A stretch of 64,000 nt of DNA from Antechinus flavipes (lineage: Eukaryota): the NCBI RefSeq assembly GCF_016432865.1, contig NC_067400.1, positions 514,786,001 through 514,850,000 of the forward strand, written 5' to 3'. Position numbers and translations under genes: made by a program. The notes beneath the pieces are model-generated. The model had not been told where the DNA came from. It made no database searches and saw nothing but the letters and a program-made list of their open reading frames with translations. This document shows, piece after piece, positions 34,741 through 48,760 of the stretch (position 1 is its first letter; each line of letters starts with the position of its first letter).

Positions 34741-34907
34741 TTTTTTTTTTTGGCATTAATTTTCTTTTCTTTTTTTTATCACATCTTTTTATTTATAAGA
34801 TATATGCATGGATTATGTATTGATAATTGCAAAACCTTTTATTCCAATTTTTCCCTCCTTTCCCCCACACCTTCCCCCAGATGGCAGGGAGACCAATACA
34901 TATTAAA
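34741..34907 (-). mobile_element. 5'-truncated L1 3' end
   Basis: Reverse copy of the 19706-type 3' UTR; poly(T) on +; TSD tgacat(g/a)cacac. Confidence 0.75.
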
Positions 34908-35189
34908 TGACATACACACTTTCATCCAAGTCATTGCTAAAAATGTTAAACAGTACTGGGCCAAGATCAGACACCTGCAGCACATGCTGATCTCTCCCTG
35001 AGATGTCTCCCTCCAAGTAGACTCTGATCTATTAATTTGGATCTAGTCATTCAATCAGTTCCAAATCCACCTAACTTTACAAACATCTAGCCCATATTTC
35101 TCTATCTTGTCTACAAGATGAACCTAAGATTTTGTCAAATGTCTTGCTGAAATCCAAGCATACTATATTCATACCATTCCCTTAGGATA

Positions 35190-35660
35190 GGTAGGTTATT
35201 ATCCTTTGTTCTTGAAGAGAACCAAAATGACATCACTATGTTAGAATCAGAGTTAGCGTGTCTGACTGTGGCTGATCAGACCAACACGATCTTGAAGAGC
35301 TCTGCCACAGGTTGGACACGATAATCCACATGAACATTTGGAGTGGATCCTGTTACTCTGCACATCCGACATTTCTTCTGGGCTAATTAAATTCTGCTTT
35401 GCTCTTTGGGCATGGAATCTTCTCTGATGAGTGTATGCCATGTTGGGCCATCCTGTGCCAGTATTTCCTATGTCATACAATCAATTCTAAAGTTCTTAAG
35501 AGATACTTTGAAAGTATCTTTGTATCACTGTGATCACTCTGTGGCACTTGCCCTGTGTAAGTTCTCCATAAATTTTTTTTTGGCATGCTTATATTTGGCA
35601 TTCAAACAATGTGGAGTTGTGCTCTCTGCAGTAGAACTGCAATGCTTGGCAGTTTAGTTT
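35190..35660 (-). mobile_element. RTE-clade LINE 3' end
   Basis: CPTCGRALQDRVGLISHSQTR resembles the RTE C-terminal zinc-knuckle motif. Confidence 0.72.
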
Positions 35661-36089
35661 AGTAACCCTATCCAAAAAAAAGTGAACTTAACTTGTCATG
35701 ACTAATTTTTGATGAAATATAAGCTCTTAGTGATTAGCTACTTTCCTTTGAAAACGGTCACCTATTTCCTCTTTAATGTATTCTAGACTTTGATAAGAAA
35801 TAAAAAGCAAGTTCACTAGCCTCTAGTATGAAGACTACTACCCTCTTCAGTTTTTTGAAAACAGAGATAACATTAGCTCATCTCATCCACTTCATCCTTC
35901 AAGACTTTCCACTTATCAATAATTTTTTAAAGATCACTGACAATAGCGCATGAAGAAATGCCTAATTGGTTTGGATGTTCCACAATGAAGCATCTTTTGT
36001 CTATAAAAGAATAGTGGCCATTAAATTTCAGGACATCTTTGTACTGGTACCCTCTCCCACCTTTTCAGCTTTTAAAGTGTGGTCCTTCC

Positions 36090-36205
36090 TATTAGATAGT
36101 GAATTCCTTGAAGGCAGGGACTGCTTTTTGGCTTTTTTTGTATCTCCAGACTTAAGATTTGCTCTTGGAGCTTAGTAGGTACTTAATAAATGCTCCCTGA
36201 TTGAC
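36090..36205 (+). mobile_element. L2 3' end
   Basis: ccttgaaggcagggactg..tagtaggtacttaataaatgc..tgattga. Confidence 0.65.
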
Positions 36206-37204
36206 ACAAGCGGATTTAGGACGGGGGCTACTCCAATAAAGCACTTATTAGAATGCTTACTAAAATGACCAGCAGTAGGTTAATTTAATACATGCAACCC
36301 CACTTTCTTCAAAGCACTTGAGTGCTGGGATGTGATCTGTAATGGTTCCTAATAAGATAAAGTGAAAGCTGACTACCCGGAACGCCTAGTCCTAGGTAGG
36401 GTGGGGGGGAAGAGCTAGAAGACTACCCAAGAAATCCAGGTAAGGTGAAAGAAGCAGCTGGCATACGAAAAGGTTAATAACTATGAAGCTATTATGGGAC
36501 AGATGGAAAGCAGGAGAGGTAGAATTGGATTCCATTTGGCTTCTTAAACACAACTGGAAACTCCAAAGATCTGAAGCGTTCAGGGAGAGGAAACTGCCCA
36601 AAGCTAGGGCGTGGTGGGGATACCTGAGTACAGGGAGCAGAATGTTAGGTTCTTGGAAGCGAACCTGTTTAGTTTCATTTTCGCTAAGTCACGAACACAG
36701 TAGGTGTTTAACCAATGTCAGTGGAGTTTAAAGTAAAAAAATAGGGTAGCCCTGAGGTCACGTGGGAGAAAGGCCGATCCAGTTCACGGTCAGGGCACCA
36801 GCTGTAACTTGGCACTTTGCTCACAGGACTTGTGGGAGAGAAACAAGATCCTCTGCAAACAGATCCCAACCCACTTTACTTCCTCTCCCGGAACCGTATA
36901 GCCTCAACCCTCTGAGGCTAGGGGGAAAAGGAAACGTCTGTGCTTAAAAACAGACAAAAGTGCAGAGGTCCTGGCTCGGTCCCCTGCGGAACTCGGACTA
37001 GTGCTCCAGGGCCCCCAGCAGCGCGCGCCCCCTACCGCCCCCTCCCCCCACCCACGCGGTGTATCCCACGCTCTGTCACTTCTTGCCGCTCCTACCTTAG
37101 GAACTCCGAGTGCTCGGAGTCCAGTCGCTTCGCCCTCCCTTCTTGGGGTCCCTAGTATTCCACTTACTCCGGCTCCTCGACTGTCCCAGAACCTTTCCAC
37201 TTAC

Positions 37205-37320
37205 AGCCCTGAGCTCCCACGGTCTCGCTGTACCTGTCCAGTAGCAGCCTGTGGGTGCTACGGAAACTCCAGGCTTCCACAGAGCCGGGGCTGCCGGTGA
37301 CAGTATCGCCACTTCCGGCT
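37205..37320 (-). other. PCSK7: Putative PCSK7 non-coding exon 1
   Basis: Follows the ETS motif; donor GCT|GTAAGT at 37204 (alternative CAG|GTACAG ~28 nt upstream); TSS approximate. Confidence 0.5.
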
Positions 37321-37746
37321 TCGGGGGATCAGCCAATCACACCTTGATCCCGCGGAAGAGGGAGGGGGAAGAGGTTGGGCAAGAGTGAGCGGAGACTGGG
37401 GAGGAGTTAATTTTTCCTCTAGCTAGAACGAGCATAAATAAAGTTCCGCTGTTTCCTCGGGGATTCCTGAGTCCTTCCTTTATTTGGTTCTCTTTTCCTT
37501 TTCTTAAAGAAATTATCTTACTATCAAATAAGAGAATAGTTGTTAAAAAAAAAAAAAGCGCGTAACATATGATGTCTGCCATAGCGAGCGCCATATAAAT
37601 GATTATTTCCCCCCTCTTCTCTCCCCTTTCCCAGTCCTTGGTTGCCTATTATAAAAAGGATGATTTCAATTCCAAAGCGTGAGGTTGACTCCTCATTCCG
37701 CAGGGTTTAGATGCCCCTAGGTCGTACGCTAGGCTTCCGACTGTGA

Positions 37747-37760
37747 CCGGCAGGGGGCGC
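37747..37760 (+). promoter_or_regulatory. Candidate CTCF motif CCGGCAGGGGGCGC
   Basis: One mismatch to CCASYAGRKGGCRS; lies between the two inferred TSSs. Confidence 0.55.
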
Positions 37761-37849
37761 TGTCTGGGGAGGCGCGACGCTTTCTTCTAGCCGGCGGGCT
37801 TCTCTTTTCCCTTCTCCTCTCAGGGTCTCGCCCCCTCCGCTCCCCGTCG

Positions 37850-37954
37850 CCGGAAGTGGGAGGTGCCGCGAGCGGCCCGGCTGCCGACCCCTCCCCCTCC
37901 CCTTTCCTTAGGACCCCCTCCCCCTCCCCCCGGCCGCGCGCTCCACCCGCTCAG
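37850..37954 (+). other. RNF214: Putative RNF214 non-coding exon 1
   Basis: Starts at the ETS motif; donor CAG|GTGCGT at 37955. Confidence 0.55.
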
Positions 37955-39865
37955 GTGCGTCCCTAGCCCCCTGCTCTAGACCCCAGACCTTTTCCTCTTC
38001 CCCCCGCCCCCCACCCCAACCCTGTCCCGTCTCTTTGGCCGCGCGGCCGGCTCTGGGAGAGAACGCGCGGTGGGAAGCGGGACGGGGGGAGGGCATATAG
38101 TGGGGAGGGGGCTCTCGGGCAGGGCGGGAGGGGTTCTGTCGGGACCGAAGGGGGCCCAGGCGGGGGGCCAGGGAGGAAACCAAGTCTGGGAGGTGGAGGC
38201 CTGCACCGGGATGGACGCTCCATGGGAAGGCCTGGCTCGGGGCCGTGGTAGTGGTGGGGCCGCCTTGCACGTCGTGGGCAGTGGGCAGTGGGGATGGGGG
38301 TGGGGAAGTAAAGGGGGGCTGGGGGAGCAGACTCCCTTTAGTCTTGGGTCTGTGCGCAGTGTTCCATCAGGCTCCTTTGTCTCCTTCCCTCTGCACCCCA
38401 TCTTCTGCAGCCTCTCCCCTTGGGGATACATTCCGAAGGGTGGGGAGGGGCGGGGCATGCAAACCTGGTCCTCGCCGGGTCCCCGGCCCCCAGGTAGGCC
38501 TCCTACCCCAAGCGCCTCTAGGTCACCTCCTCCTTCCTCTCCCTTTCTACTCTCCCAGTTTGGTTTACCTGGGTTTGGTGTCTTCCTGGACCAACCGAGG
38601 GGGTCCTCGCTTTTGCCTCACCCCCAACTATTTTGTCTATGGATGCTCAGTCTCTTTTCTAGCGATTATCTTTGTTCTGGTGAGTTATCCTTTCGATTTT
38701 GGCGAGGAGCTGCAAAAAGCACTCCCCTGGGAATGGATGATACTCTCACTTGTATGATAAGGGAAACTGAGGCATGGAGCATCCCGGAGCAAATATTGAC
38801 AAATGAGAGAACATAGAACTCTGACCCTTAGAGATATACTTATCCTTTCTCATCAAGAACCAGGGAGGCCCAAGTACCTTCGTCAGAACAAAACAAAAAC
38901 TCTTACTGTCCTATATTCTGTATATATATCGTTCCCTTCTTTGTCTCAGAGACAACTATGAATCTGAGGGATGAAGGAAAAGTTAAATGTCTTTCTTGCT
39001 TTTAGTTCCCACATCTCTCTTTGGAAGTAGTGTTAAGTGCTTTTTCATTTGAGTTTTTTGTTAAATAACATAGCACCAGTGCCTGACATAGAGAAGGTGC
39101 TATATAAATGTTTGTTTATTATTTTCATGATTCAATAGCCTTTGATACTGTTGTGGTAATTGGGGTGTCTTAAGTGAGTGTCTCAAATATCACTCTGTGC
39201 TATTTGACATTGTCCCCTCTCCCCTCAAAAAAATCGGCCCAAAACAAAAACAAAAACCTCCTGGAATTAATAGAAACCACTTTTGATAAAGTAATCATAC
39301 ATTATTTGCACATCCATATAACATATCTTTTACATATGCATGGGTGTGTGTGTATATATATGTAATATATATTTGCAAAGTAATATGCAATGTGACATGT
39401 ATATAGGTAGATCTATAATTTTATTTGTGTGTATTATGCAGTATATATGCACATAAAGATACATATATGTATAAGTATATAATTTCCTTCAGATTGAAAA
39501 CTACTGGATTTTAATTATTAACAATATTGAATACAAACGATTGGGCCAGTAAACTAGAAAGGAGGAACTACACTTTGAGAACCATTGGTTTAAATTAGTA
39601 GTGCATTTTTTGTTTTTTACAAAATGACTGTAAAGAATCCTATATTTCTGATATAAATATGGCAACTACTTAAGATTAGGTATTCACCGTAATTGATCCA
39701 GTGACTAATAATATTCTGACATAGAAGTACCTTTTAGAATTAAACCACCTTTCCCCCAGTTTCTCTGGGATTTTATTAATTTGTGAACATTCTGAACGGG
39801 AGAGATAAATTTGTTTCAATGCTTTGATACTTGCAGCCTGGGATTTGTTTCTGAATGCAGAGAGC

Positions 39866-39975
39866 ATGATGGCTTCTGAGCTAAGCAGTGATTCGGCCTC
39901 TGCTCTTGCTTCTCAAGAAACTGCTTCTGCCTCCTGTGGTTCTAACAGAGAGGAAGGTCTCCCTGATGGTCTCAG
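39866..39975 (+). CDS. RNF214: RNF214 coding exon 1; exon starts at 39861
   Basis: MMASELSS...EEGLPDGL; tandem ATGs at 39866 and 39869; donor GTAATG. Confidence 0.88.
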
Positions 39976-40914
39976 GTAATGTGTGGGTAGTTGTTGGAAA
40001 GTTGCAAATGGGTACTTGAAAATATTTGCTGAATTCTTGGGAGAAGTTTAATTTTCTTTCTTTTGATGACTACTCTTGGTCCTAATGGACAGGTTCGTAC
40101 ACTTTGTGAGATTGTCAAACAGAATTTGAAAGGAAAGAATTTTCCTCTTTTAGTTTCTTTTGCTTCTTACTGTTAACTCTGTTAACTCATCTCCTCTAAG
40201 AAATCTTTATGTTAAGCGCCATTTGGGTTTAATTTTACATTTTCCTAATCTGTAAAAAACATTAGCTTGTACCAATTCATATTATTGTTTTGTTAATATT
40301 CTCTTACTATTTCATGTTTGGTAAAAATTTTGTCCTTTCAACTTTTGTTCCTTGTGGATAGTGACTGCATCTTCTGCTTACATTAATAGCATACAATTAC
40401 AGAATGGGAGGATGGAAGAGATCATTTAGTCCAATCTCTGTCATTAATTGCATCTACAACATCCCCATTAAGTGGTCATTCAGTCTCCTGGCCACCTGGC
40501 TTATATCCCACCCATTCCATTTTTCAACAACTTTAATTGTTCGCTGACTTGAAATCTGTCTCCCTAAATAAATATCCCTCTGATGGGCCTAGTTCTGCCT
40601 TTCTATATCAATCATAATCTCTTTTCCCCAATTCCTACAATCCTTCTCATAGTGATTATTACAGTCTATTATAGCTTGTTGAATGAATGTTTATAGATAA
40701 AATTGATAGATCTTATTTCATCAATGGCAGCACTTTATAAAGTAGAATATGACCACCTGAATTTCTTGTTTATTGGGTTATCTTTTCAAATAAATTAATG
40801 TGTAGTAGCATGGGGTGAATGGAATTGAACTTAAAATTAGGTTCTTTTTCAAGATTGTGATGAAGAGAGAAAATTATGGGAAGCTACAGTAATTTTAACT
40901 TATATTTTCAACAG

Positions 40915-41476
40915 CCCAAGAGATACATCTGTGCAGGAAAACAAGAGCTTGTCTCTGTTGATAGGCTCTAGCAACCAAGTGATAACGAAGGAGAATAGCA
41001 AAGATGTTAGTTTGGAACATGCCAAAATGAATCCTGGTTCATCAGCAAGGGACATGTTATCTACCATAGAGGACAATGCAACTTTAGAAGACAACTTGGA
41101 ATCCACAGCTCTTGATCTTCCTGGAAATGGTTCCATAGACATTCAGGCTTTGTCCCCGGACACTGAAGCTTGTCAATCTGATTTGGAGGATTTGGCCACT
41201 ATAGCAGCAGGAGAGGAACAGACACACTCTGGGGAAAGCCTGCAGCCACCTCCTCTGTCCCATGAGACAGAGTGCCATGTGAACCATCAGAATACCTCCA
41301 GGGATTGTTTAGAAGAGGAATTACAAGCTTCTGCCCCACTGGAAGGTAGCGAAGATACAGGCCTGGATTACCGACCTCCACCAAATGGGGAGAATGGGGT
41401 TTCAGGAGACAGAGCTGGTCAGGATGTGGATCAGGATGGCTCATCCTTGAAGCTCTCTCAGAACATTGCTGTGCAG
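40915..41476 (+). CDS. RNF214: RNF214 coding exon 2 (low-conservation N-terminal region)
   Basis: ITKENS...DQDGSSLKLSQNIAVQ; 562 nt; phase-compatible. Confidence 0.92.
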
Positions 41477-42185
41477 GTCAAGTGTCAGGTTTCAAATGTC
41501 AAAATCAGAACTTGGGGATATTATTGAGGGTGGGAGACAATTGCTCATATCTGATGGAAAACATACTGTGCCATTCTTTCTGGGTTGTTGTTCTAAAAAT
41601 ATCTAGGATTATTTCTATATAGCTCCATCCTGTTGTTAAGTAAACAGTGTTTAGACTGATGTAATTAGCAACTTTATGCCCAATAATTAGTTCTTCACAC
41701 TGTTTAATTGATATATATGGAGTTTTATGTCCCTCATAGTAAGCATTGCTCATTTAGGATTCAGATTTGTTCATGTTTATCCTTGTGCTAAAGATCCTTA
41801 TTTATTTGTATCTACATGTTAGGAAGTACAGTGCGCCTTGCCTGGTAGTGTTATTTCTTCTAGGAACTAGAGTGTTTTATCAGAGGAGGAGATAGATTTT
41901 AGTAATAGATAAAATCGATTTTAGACACTTAGTTATTTCTAGCTTTTATACTCATCTTTCAGTAAAGTGCTGAGTCTTTTCAGAGGTTGTTTTCAAGGAT
42001 GATTGCTTTACAGTATCCACTTGTCTTCCTTGATCCATAACAGTCAGAAGGAATAGCAAAGGGTTGGCTCCTTAGGGGTGTCAGGGGCACTCTGTGATGG
42101 AGGGAAGAATATCAGTCTTGGAGCAGTTTTACTACTTTAAAGTGTCTCCAAACGGCTCTGAATATGATTACTTTTCCCTTTGCAG

Positions 42186-42245
42186 ACTGACTTCAAGACT
42201 GCTGATTTGGAGGTGAATACAGATCAGGATATTGAAAAGAATTTG
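42186..42245 (+). CDS. RNF214: RNF214 coding exon 3
   Basis: TDFKTADLEVNTDQDIEKNL; 60 nt. Confidence 0.95.
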
Positions 42246-44509
42246 GTAGGTATTTGCATGGTGATCATGAAGCTCACTGATCAGGAGTCATGGAATCTGA
42301 GAGAGTTAGCAAGGTCATTTAAAAGTTTCTAGTGTAGTCTTTTATATAGATGAGGAATTCCTTCTGTAATATCTCTGATAGGTGTTCATCCAGTCTCTTT
42401 GCTAGAGAGGAAGTTAACTATCTTACAAATCTGCCCCATTTACTTTTGAACAGCTCAGATTTTAAAAGTTTTTTCTTATGTTTTGATGAGATTTTTCATC
42501 ATGTAATTTTCACCTAGTACTTTTTCCTCTTGAGGCAGCTAAGTGGCAGAAGGATAGTATGTTGGGCTTGGCATCACGAAGGATTTAGTTTGAATCTTCA
42601 AATCTGTATTAGCTGTGGGACCTTGGGCAAGTCACTTTACCTCCCTATCAGTGCCAATTTCCTTTTCTGAAAAAGAGGATAAAAATAGCACTCATAATGT
42701 TGTTGTGAGGAGCAAATTATCTTGTCAGCTTCAAAGTTCTATGTAAATGTTAACTTTTATTAGTATTAAATAGAATTCTAATTCTAGCCTTTGAAATAAA
42801 TGAAAACAGTTATGAAGAGGTTATTTGATCTGCCTTCCCTACCTATATTTTAGTATGCCGTTGATTTAAATGTGGTGCCCAGAATGGAATCTGGCAATCG
42901 AGTTATGGCTTTAATCAGTGTAGACTACAGTGGGAAATACTATCTTGTTGGGGGCATTATTCTTTTGGTAATATAGGCTAAGTACATTAGCCATGTGACA
43001 AACGGCCTTGTTTGTATTGAATTTGTAGTCAGATAAAATTCTTCAATCTTTTTTCACTTAAGTTGCTGTTGTCTCCATCCTGTGCTTTTATAATTAATTT
43101 TTTGTTTTTTTGAAACAAGGCAGAAGACTGCATTCATTTGTACTATATTTCATCAGTGATCACATTGCTATGAGCTTGGCAAAAACCCCACCCTGCAAAT
43201 ATATGTTCATTTGAGTGTTTCTCTGTTGTAATAAAAGAAGGATATTAAGGCAGACATCTTGGGGCCAGAAAGAGAGCCTCCAGGGCAAGATGGGTGAACT
43301 AAGTGGGGATCAGGCACAAAGACTAAAAGCAAGTAGTTTGAGATGAGAACGTGGAATAATTTTTGCAAGTTGAAGTTACTTTGAGAGAAGTTTTAAGATC
43401 ATGAAAAAAGTAGTTAAAGTAAAAAAATAGTTAAAGTAAAAGTAGTTTTAAAAAGTTTGAAAATGGAAAATAGTCTCTATAGAAAATTTGTCAAGGTAGA
43501 TGAAAAAAATTTGAAGAGAAACTTTTATTGTAAAGCAGTGCTAGGTGGCATATTGAGGAGTTTGAATGAGTAAAGAAAGGATAGAGTTGATCTGAAACTC
43601 AAGTGGACCTGGTGCTTGACAAGAAAGGATATCAAGGTACAGAATAAAGTGGCCAATTTGGTAATAAAACATGGTCTTATCATAAGGTGATGGCAAATCA
43701 AGGCAGATTGATTTTTGAGTCTGTATGTCAAAGGCTGGTTGTGCAGAAAGTGATTCCTCAGTTATGGTGTAAAAGTAAGTTTTTTGTTATTATCTATAAC
43801 TTACCTGCTTGTGATAAAGTTGGTATGAAATAGCTTTTATCCTGATTTTTGCTGAAAATCTACTATGGAGGTAGATGAGCTGAAGAGAAGTAGAAAGGAA
43901 AGCCTAAAAAAGAAAAACTTGACTTTTTAGGTAGTAGTAATAAAGTTACCAGAGAGAGAATTACTGCATTTGTTTGGAGATATCCTGGCTCTGTTTCATT
44001 ACTCAGCCCAAGGTAATTAGCTTGGTCTGATGTTATACTTTCTTGGAGAGGCTGTTCTTTTTGCTTTGGTAATGAGGCATTTTCACTATAGAGATTTTAA
44101 AATGTGCTTTATGTTTTATAACAAACCTGCTTAGTTTGAGCTTGTATTGTTAATGCAGTTTGAGTCTAAATTTTATGTAGTGATCCTATATCAAATGTCT
44201 GCAGAAACTATTAACTTGAGCCTCTTTAGTAAAACTGCAGAATCTCTTTGAACGGTGAGTAATAATGTCCTTGATTTGGTGATAAGGTAGAATAGTTGAG
44301 GTGAGCCATAAAAGGCACTGGCAGAACTGAACCATCACACTTGGATGCCTAACCCTGCATTGTGTAGAGTTTTCCTTTTGGGAAAAGTTTTTAGACAGTT
44401 TGTTGCAACAGAGTGGAGTACAACAAAAAAGGAATCATTCTGAGGCTCTTGTCTTTATTCTTGTGGTTCTCTTAAGAGCTCACCCATCTTCCTTCTCAGA
44501 GGATATATT

Positions 44510-44632
44510 TGGTTAGAATGTAAGCTCTCTTGAGGGCAGGAACTATTTTGTTTTTTTGTCTTTGTGTCCTCAGCGCTTATTGCATTTGCTTGGTACTGCT
44601 GGGCATTTAATACATGCTTATTGGATTGAATT
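44510..44632 (+). mobile_element. L2 3' end
   Basis: gaatgtaagctctcttgagggcagg..catttaatacatgcttattggattgaatt. Confidence 0.6.
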
Positions 44633-44718
44633 AAGGCTATTTGTTCTTTGGTGTTGCACATTTTGTCCTTCTCTCTTTGGAAAGTCAGCTTTCCTTCTTT
44701 GGTGAATAAATAATATAA

Positions 44719-44919
<201 letters not shown>

Positions 44920-45122
44920 TAGCCTCTGATCAGACTTTGCTTTTGTTGTTCTCTCAGTGAAAATGAGGAGAGGTATAAATACCCTAGCAAAACACTTAAA
45001 ACCTTTTTGGAGTGTTCTTTCTGGCTGCTCTCTTCTCTCACATAGTTGTGTTGAGTAGAGAGAACTTTTGAGCCAAACATCAAAAAGTTACCTCCTGTAT
45101 TGTATGATTGTTAAAACCTTAG

Positions 45123-45263
<141 letters not shown>

Positions 45264-47299
45264 TAATTCATTCTATTGGGAATAAAGGAAAACCTTAAGG
45301 GATCTACAGACCCATTGACCTTTCCAATGTTATACATACAAGTCAATAGCAAAAATATGTTATACCAATAAGTTAAGAAGAGGATTTACTGAGAATATTT
45401 AAACAGAGGTTAAATAACTGTTTTTCAGGGTTGTAGAATGGATTTATGCCGTTGGCCTAAGGTCAAATTGAATGAGCTTCAAGGTCCGTTCTGTCTCAAG
45501 ACTATGATTTTTATGAGGCTATGTATTTTCTGAGTGTTAAATATCTTGTGAGAAGCTTATTTGACATAAGTTCTTTCAATTAGTGCTGTCTTCTTATGGT
45601 GATTATTTTTTGCAGATTCTATATGTATAATTAAAATTTTTGTTGCTTATTATAGTATTGGAGGTTTCATTTGGTTGTTCAGTGGAATTTTCCTTAAGTA
45701 CTATGCTAATATATTCCCCTGTTCTATTAAGTATGGGACACTCTTTCTCAAATGAAAACATTTCTGCATATTAGTTTATCCTATTAGTGATACAGTTTTT
45801 GTGTAGAGATTGTCTTTTATTTGTATGAACTATGGACATGAGGCTCTAGATTGCTATTCCCAAATGTAGCCATTTCTTTGATTATAAAAACTGTCATGGT
45901 CCCCAACATGGCTTGTTTGTTACTGAATCTTGACTTTTGCTCATACTGTTCCTTTTGTCTGGAATGTTCTCCTCCCTTATCTTCTGCTTGTGCAAATCTT
46001 AATTATTCTCAGGGACTGTCCTTTCTGTGAAGCTTTCCCCACTCAAATTAGACTATCATGGTTATACTGTCATCTGGACTGCCATAACTATTCTTGTCCC
46101 TACTTCCTTTTATTACTAGTTAACCTTTGATGTATTTATATTTTGTTCTTCATAGAGATTTGAAGTTTTTTCAGGTTAGAGACCACATTCAACTTTTTGT
46201 TGGATGCCACAGTACCAAGTTAGAAGTCTGTGTTTCTACTATGCGAGAAAGGTATTTGTTGAATAATTAAGAGCTACATCCAACAAATATTTTTTGGGGG
46301 AGCTTTGAACAAACACCTTAATTTCTCAATACTCATTCCTTTTAAATAGGAATCATGGCATTGTCCCTTTCCTGTCTCATATGAATATTTTGAGGATGAA
46401 TAATATTAAAAATAAACCTGGAAAATTCTTGGAACTGTTTAAAGTACCAAGTAAATGCATCTGAAATCCCAAATATAAGAAATATTGAATTTTGTCATGT
46501 ATTTACATTTCTCTTGGAAAATCTTTTAGTTGGCATAGAGAGTATCTTGTGGCTGTCTACTCTGGGGGCAGTTGTTTGAGTTGGTTTCTAGATTGGATCC
46601 TTCAAGGTTATTGCTAACATCAGAAAGGTGAGCCACCACTACATTGTCCTTGGGGTCGGGCTACATTCCAAGTTCCTGACTTTGATAGTGAAACCCTGAG
46701 AAAAGCAATGAGTATTGCATTCTCTGAATAAGATGCTGAACTTGTATTTTAAATGACCATAGATTGATCCATGTTCCAGTCTGAAACTCAGAATGAGTAG
46801 CAGAAATACTGCAAAGCCAGTCAAAATTCACTTTGTTTTTATGCTGTATTCTTTGTTCTTGGTGTTTATTAGAGTGATAATAGCTTGTTTATAAGCACTT
46901 AACAGCTTCCAGACACTTTACATAATTTTCTTGTTTGGTCCTACCCACAGTTTTGGGAGATAGGTAATACCATTATCATTGTCCACATTTCCTCATTCTA
47001 GATGAAGAAACTGCAGTTTGGCATAAGTGACTTGTTCACACAAAAAGGGATTGGAAGTCAGCTTTTCTTACACTAAATTCAGTGTTTAGGTAGGGAAGCT
47101 ATTATATTTTATATATTTTTACATTTTATAGATGGAAGTACTGCCTTTACAGATGAGCTGGGATGTAATTTTTATATAAGTGATTTTGGATAAGTTTCAT
47201 ATGAATAGAAAATAATGTGATGGTTAAGGTCTCATGAGAACTCAACTGCTTCTGTTCTGTTTCACTGGCATACTTCCAGGTTAACATATGGAAATTAAA

Positions 47300-48760
47300 G
47301 GCTTATCAAGAAATTAAGATTTATCAGGTATAAAAGTGAGAGAAATGCAAAAAGTATAAGATTAAGGTTTTCCCCTTCATGGAATCAATTGTCTTACTGG
47401 GGAGCATTCCATACGTAAAAGATTAAGTAACTATACACAAGAGCATATGATTTTTGCTAATGAGTGGTGTGGATAAATACTACCAAAGGAATTTAGAGGA
47501 AAGAAAAACCAAAAAGTGATTTATGGAAGTGATTTGAAATAGGACTTCAGCTATCCCTGGGAAGAAAGATGGGTGGGATTTGGATAAGAGGAGAGGAAAA
47601 AGGAATTTCTGATCAAAGGAATGGTTTGGGCAAAGCATGTGCTCAGTATGTTTGAGTTACAGTGAATGATGACTGAGCTAAGTTGGAATTAGAGGGTTCA
47701 TGTTGGCAGGTCGTAGAGTAGATTGAGGGTGGGTTATGGAAGACCTTAATCTGTGGACTTAGTCTTTTTAGTAACAAAGAGCCATTGGAAATGTTTGGAC
47801 AAGGAAATAACATAACGAAAATGTTGTTTTAGGAACATTAATCTGGCAGTTGAATGTAGAATAAATTGGATAAATATAACTTGGTGAGGTGTTATAGACT
47901 GAATTAGGGTTGCAGCAATAAGAATAGGAAGTAGGGAAGAGGCTTTATGAAGAAATAATAGAGTTTGATGACTTAATATAAAAAATAAGGAAAAGAACAG
48001 AGCTTAAAAGTGAGAGTCTTTAAGATTCTGAATGAGTGATTGAGAATACTGTTAACTTTTTGGAAATTTAGAAGGCAGGTATTCACTTTGTGGGATGCAG
48101 TGGTTTGGGTTTTGACATGTTAAGTTTGAGATGACAGTATAATTTCCAAGTATGTGGTACAGTGAAAAAAGAACTGGACTTTCAGAAGATACGGCTTCAA
48201 ATTCCAGTTCTTCTTGGTAAGTCATGTAATCTGTGCTTATTTTCTCCTTTGCAAAATATGAAGATTTGGTTGCTCTTTGGTCTCTTCCATCTCCTGGGGT
48301 GTGGGAGGAGGGAGAGATGCACTTTGGGGAGTGTTTATATAAGTTAGGGGAAAGGTCAGAGAGAAGCAATAGTTAGCTGAGAAGAGAAGGAGAGTAAAGT
48401 AGGGTCACACAGATCAAGGAAGATGAGTGTCAAGAAGGAGATGGTGGGTAAAAGTGGCAGATCATTGCTGAGAAGTCAAGGACAGTAGAGGCAGAAGGAA
48501 AAGTTTATGAGTAACATTAAGAGGACAATTTCAATGGAATGGTGACATGGAATTCATATTATATGAAGGTTAGGGAACGAATGGGTCATAAGTTAATGAA
48601 GGTAGCATGCGTGGGCCATTCATTTGGAAAGCTTGACGGAAGAAGAAAGATGAGAAGTAGTGTAGTTACCTTAGGAAGACCTCAAAGTTATGTTTCTTTT
48701 TTAAGATAGAAGGGACATATGCATATTGAAGGCAGAGGAATCTACAGTAAAGTATTGGGC
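47300..48760 (-). mobile_element. Degraded L2-like LINE relic
   Basis: Purine-rich + strand text typical of antisense L2; by eye, limits approximate. Confidence 0.35.

Larger units (their letters stand above)
36950..38330. promoter_or_regulatory. CpG-rich bidirectional promoter of PCSK7 (-) and RNF214 (+)
   Basis: High GC/CpG; divergent ETS motifs CCGGAAGT at 37311-37318 (-) and 37850-37857 (+); head-to-head genes. Confidence 0.85.

Noticed and set aside
37908-38816. Long ORFs (248, 170, 160 aa) near the RNF214 start
   Set aside because: Stop-poor CpG-island sequence in intron 1; Gly/Pro/Arg low-complexity translations without domains
39290-39485. AT-rich TA/CA low-complexity tract as a structured element
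   Set aside because: Degenerate simple repeat with no regular unit or spacer structure
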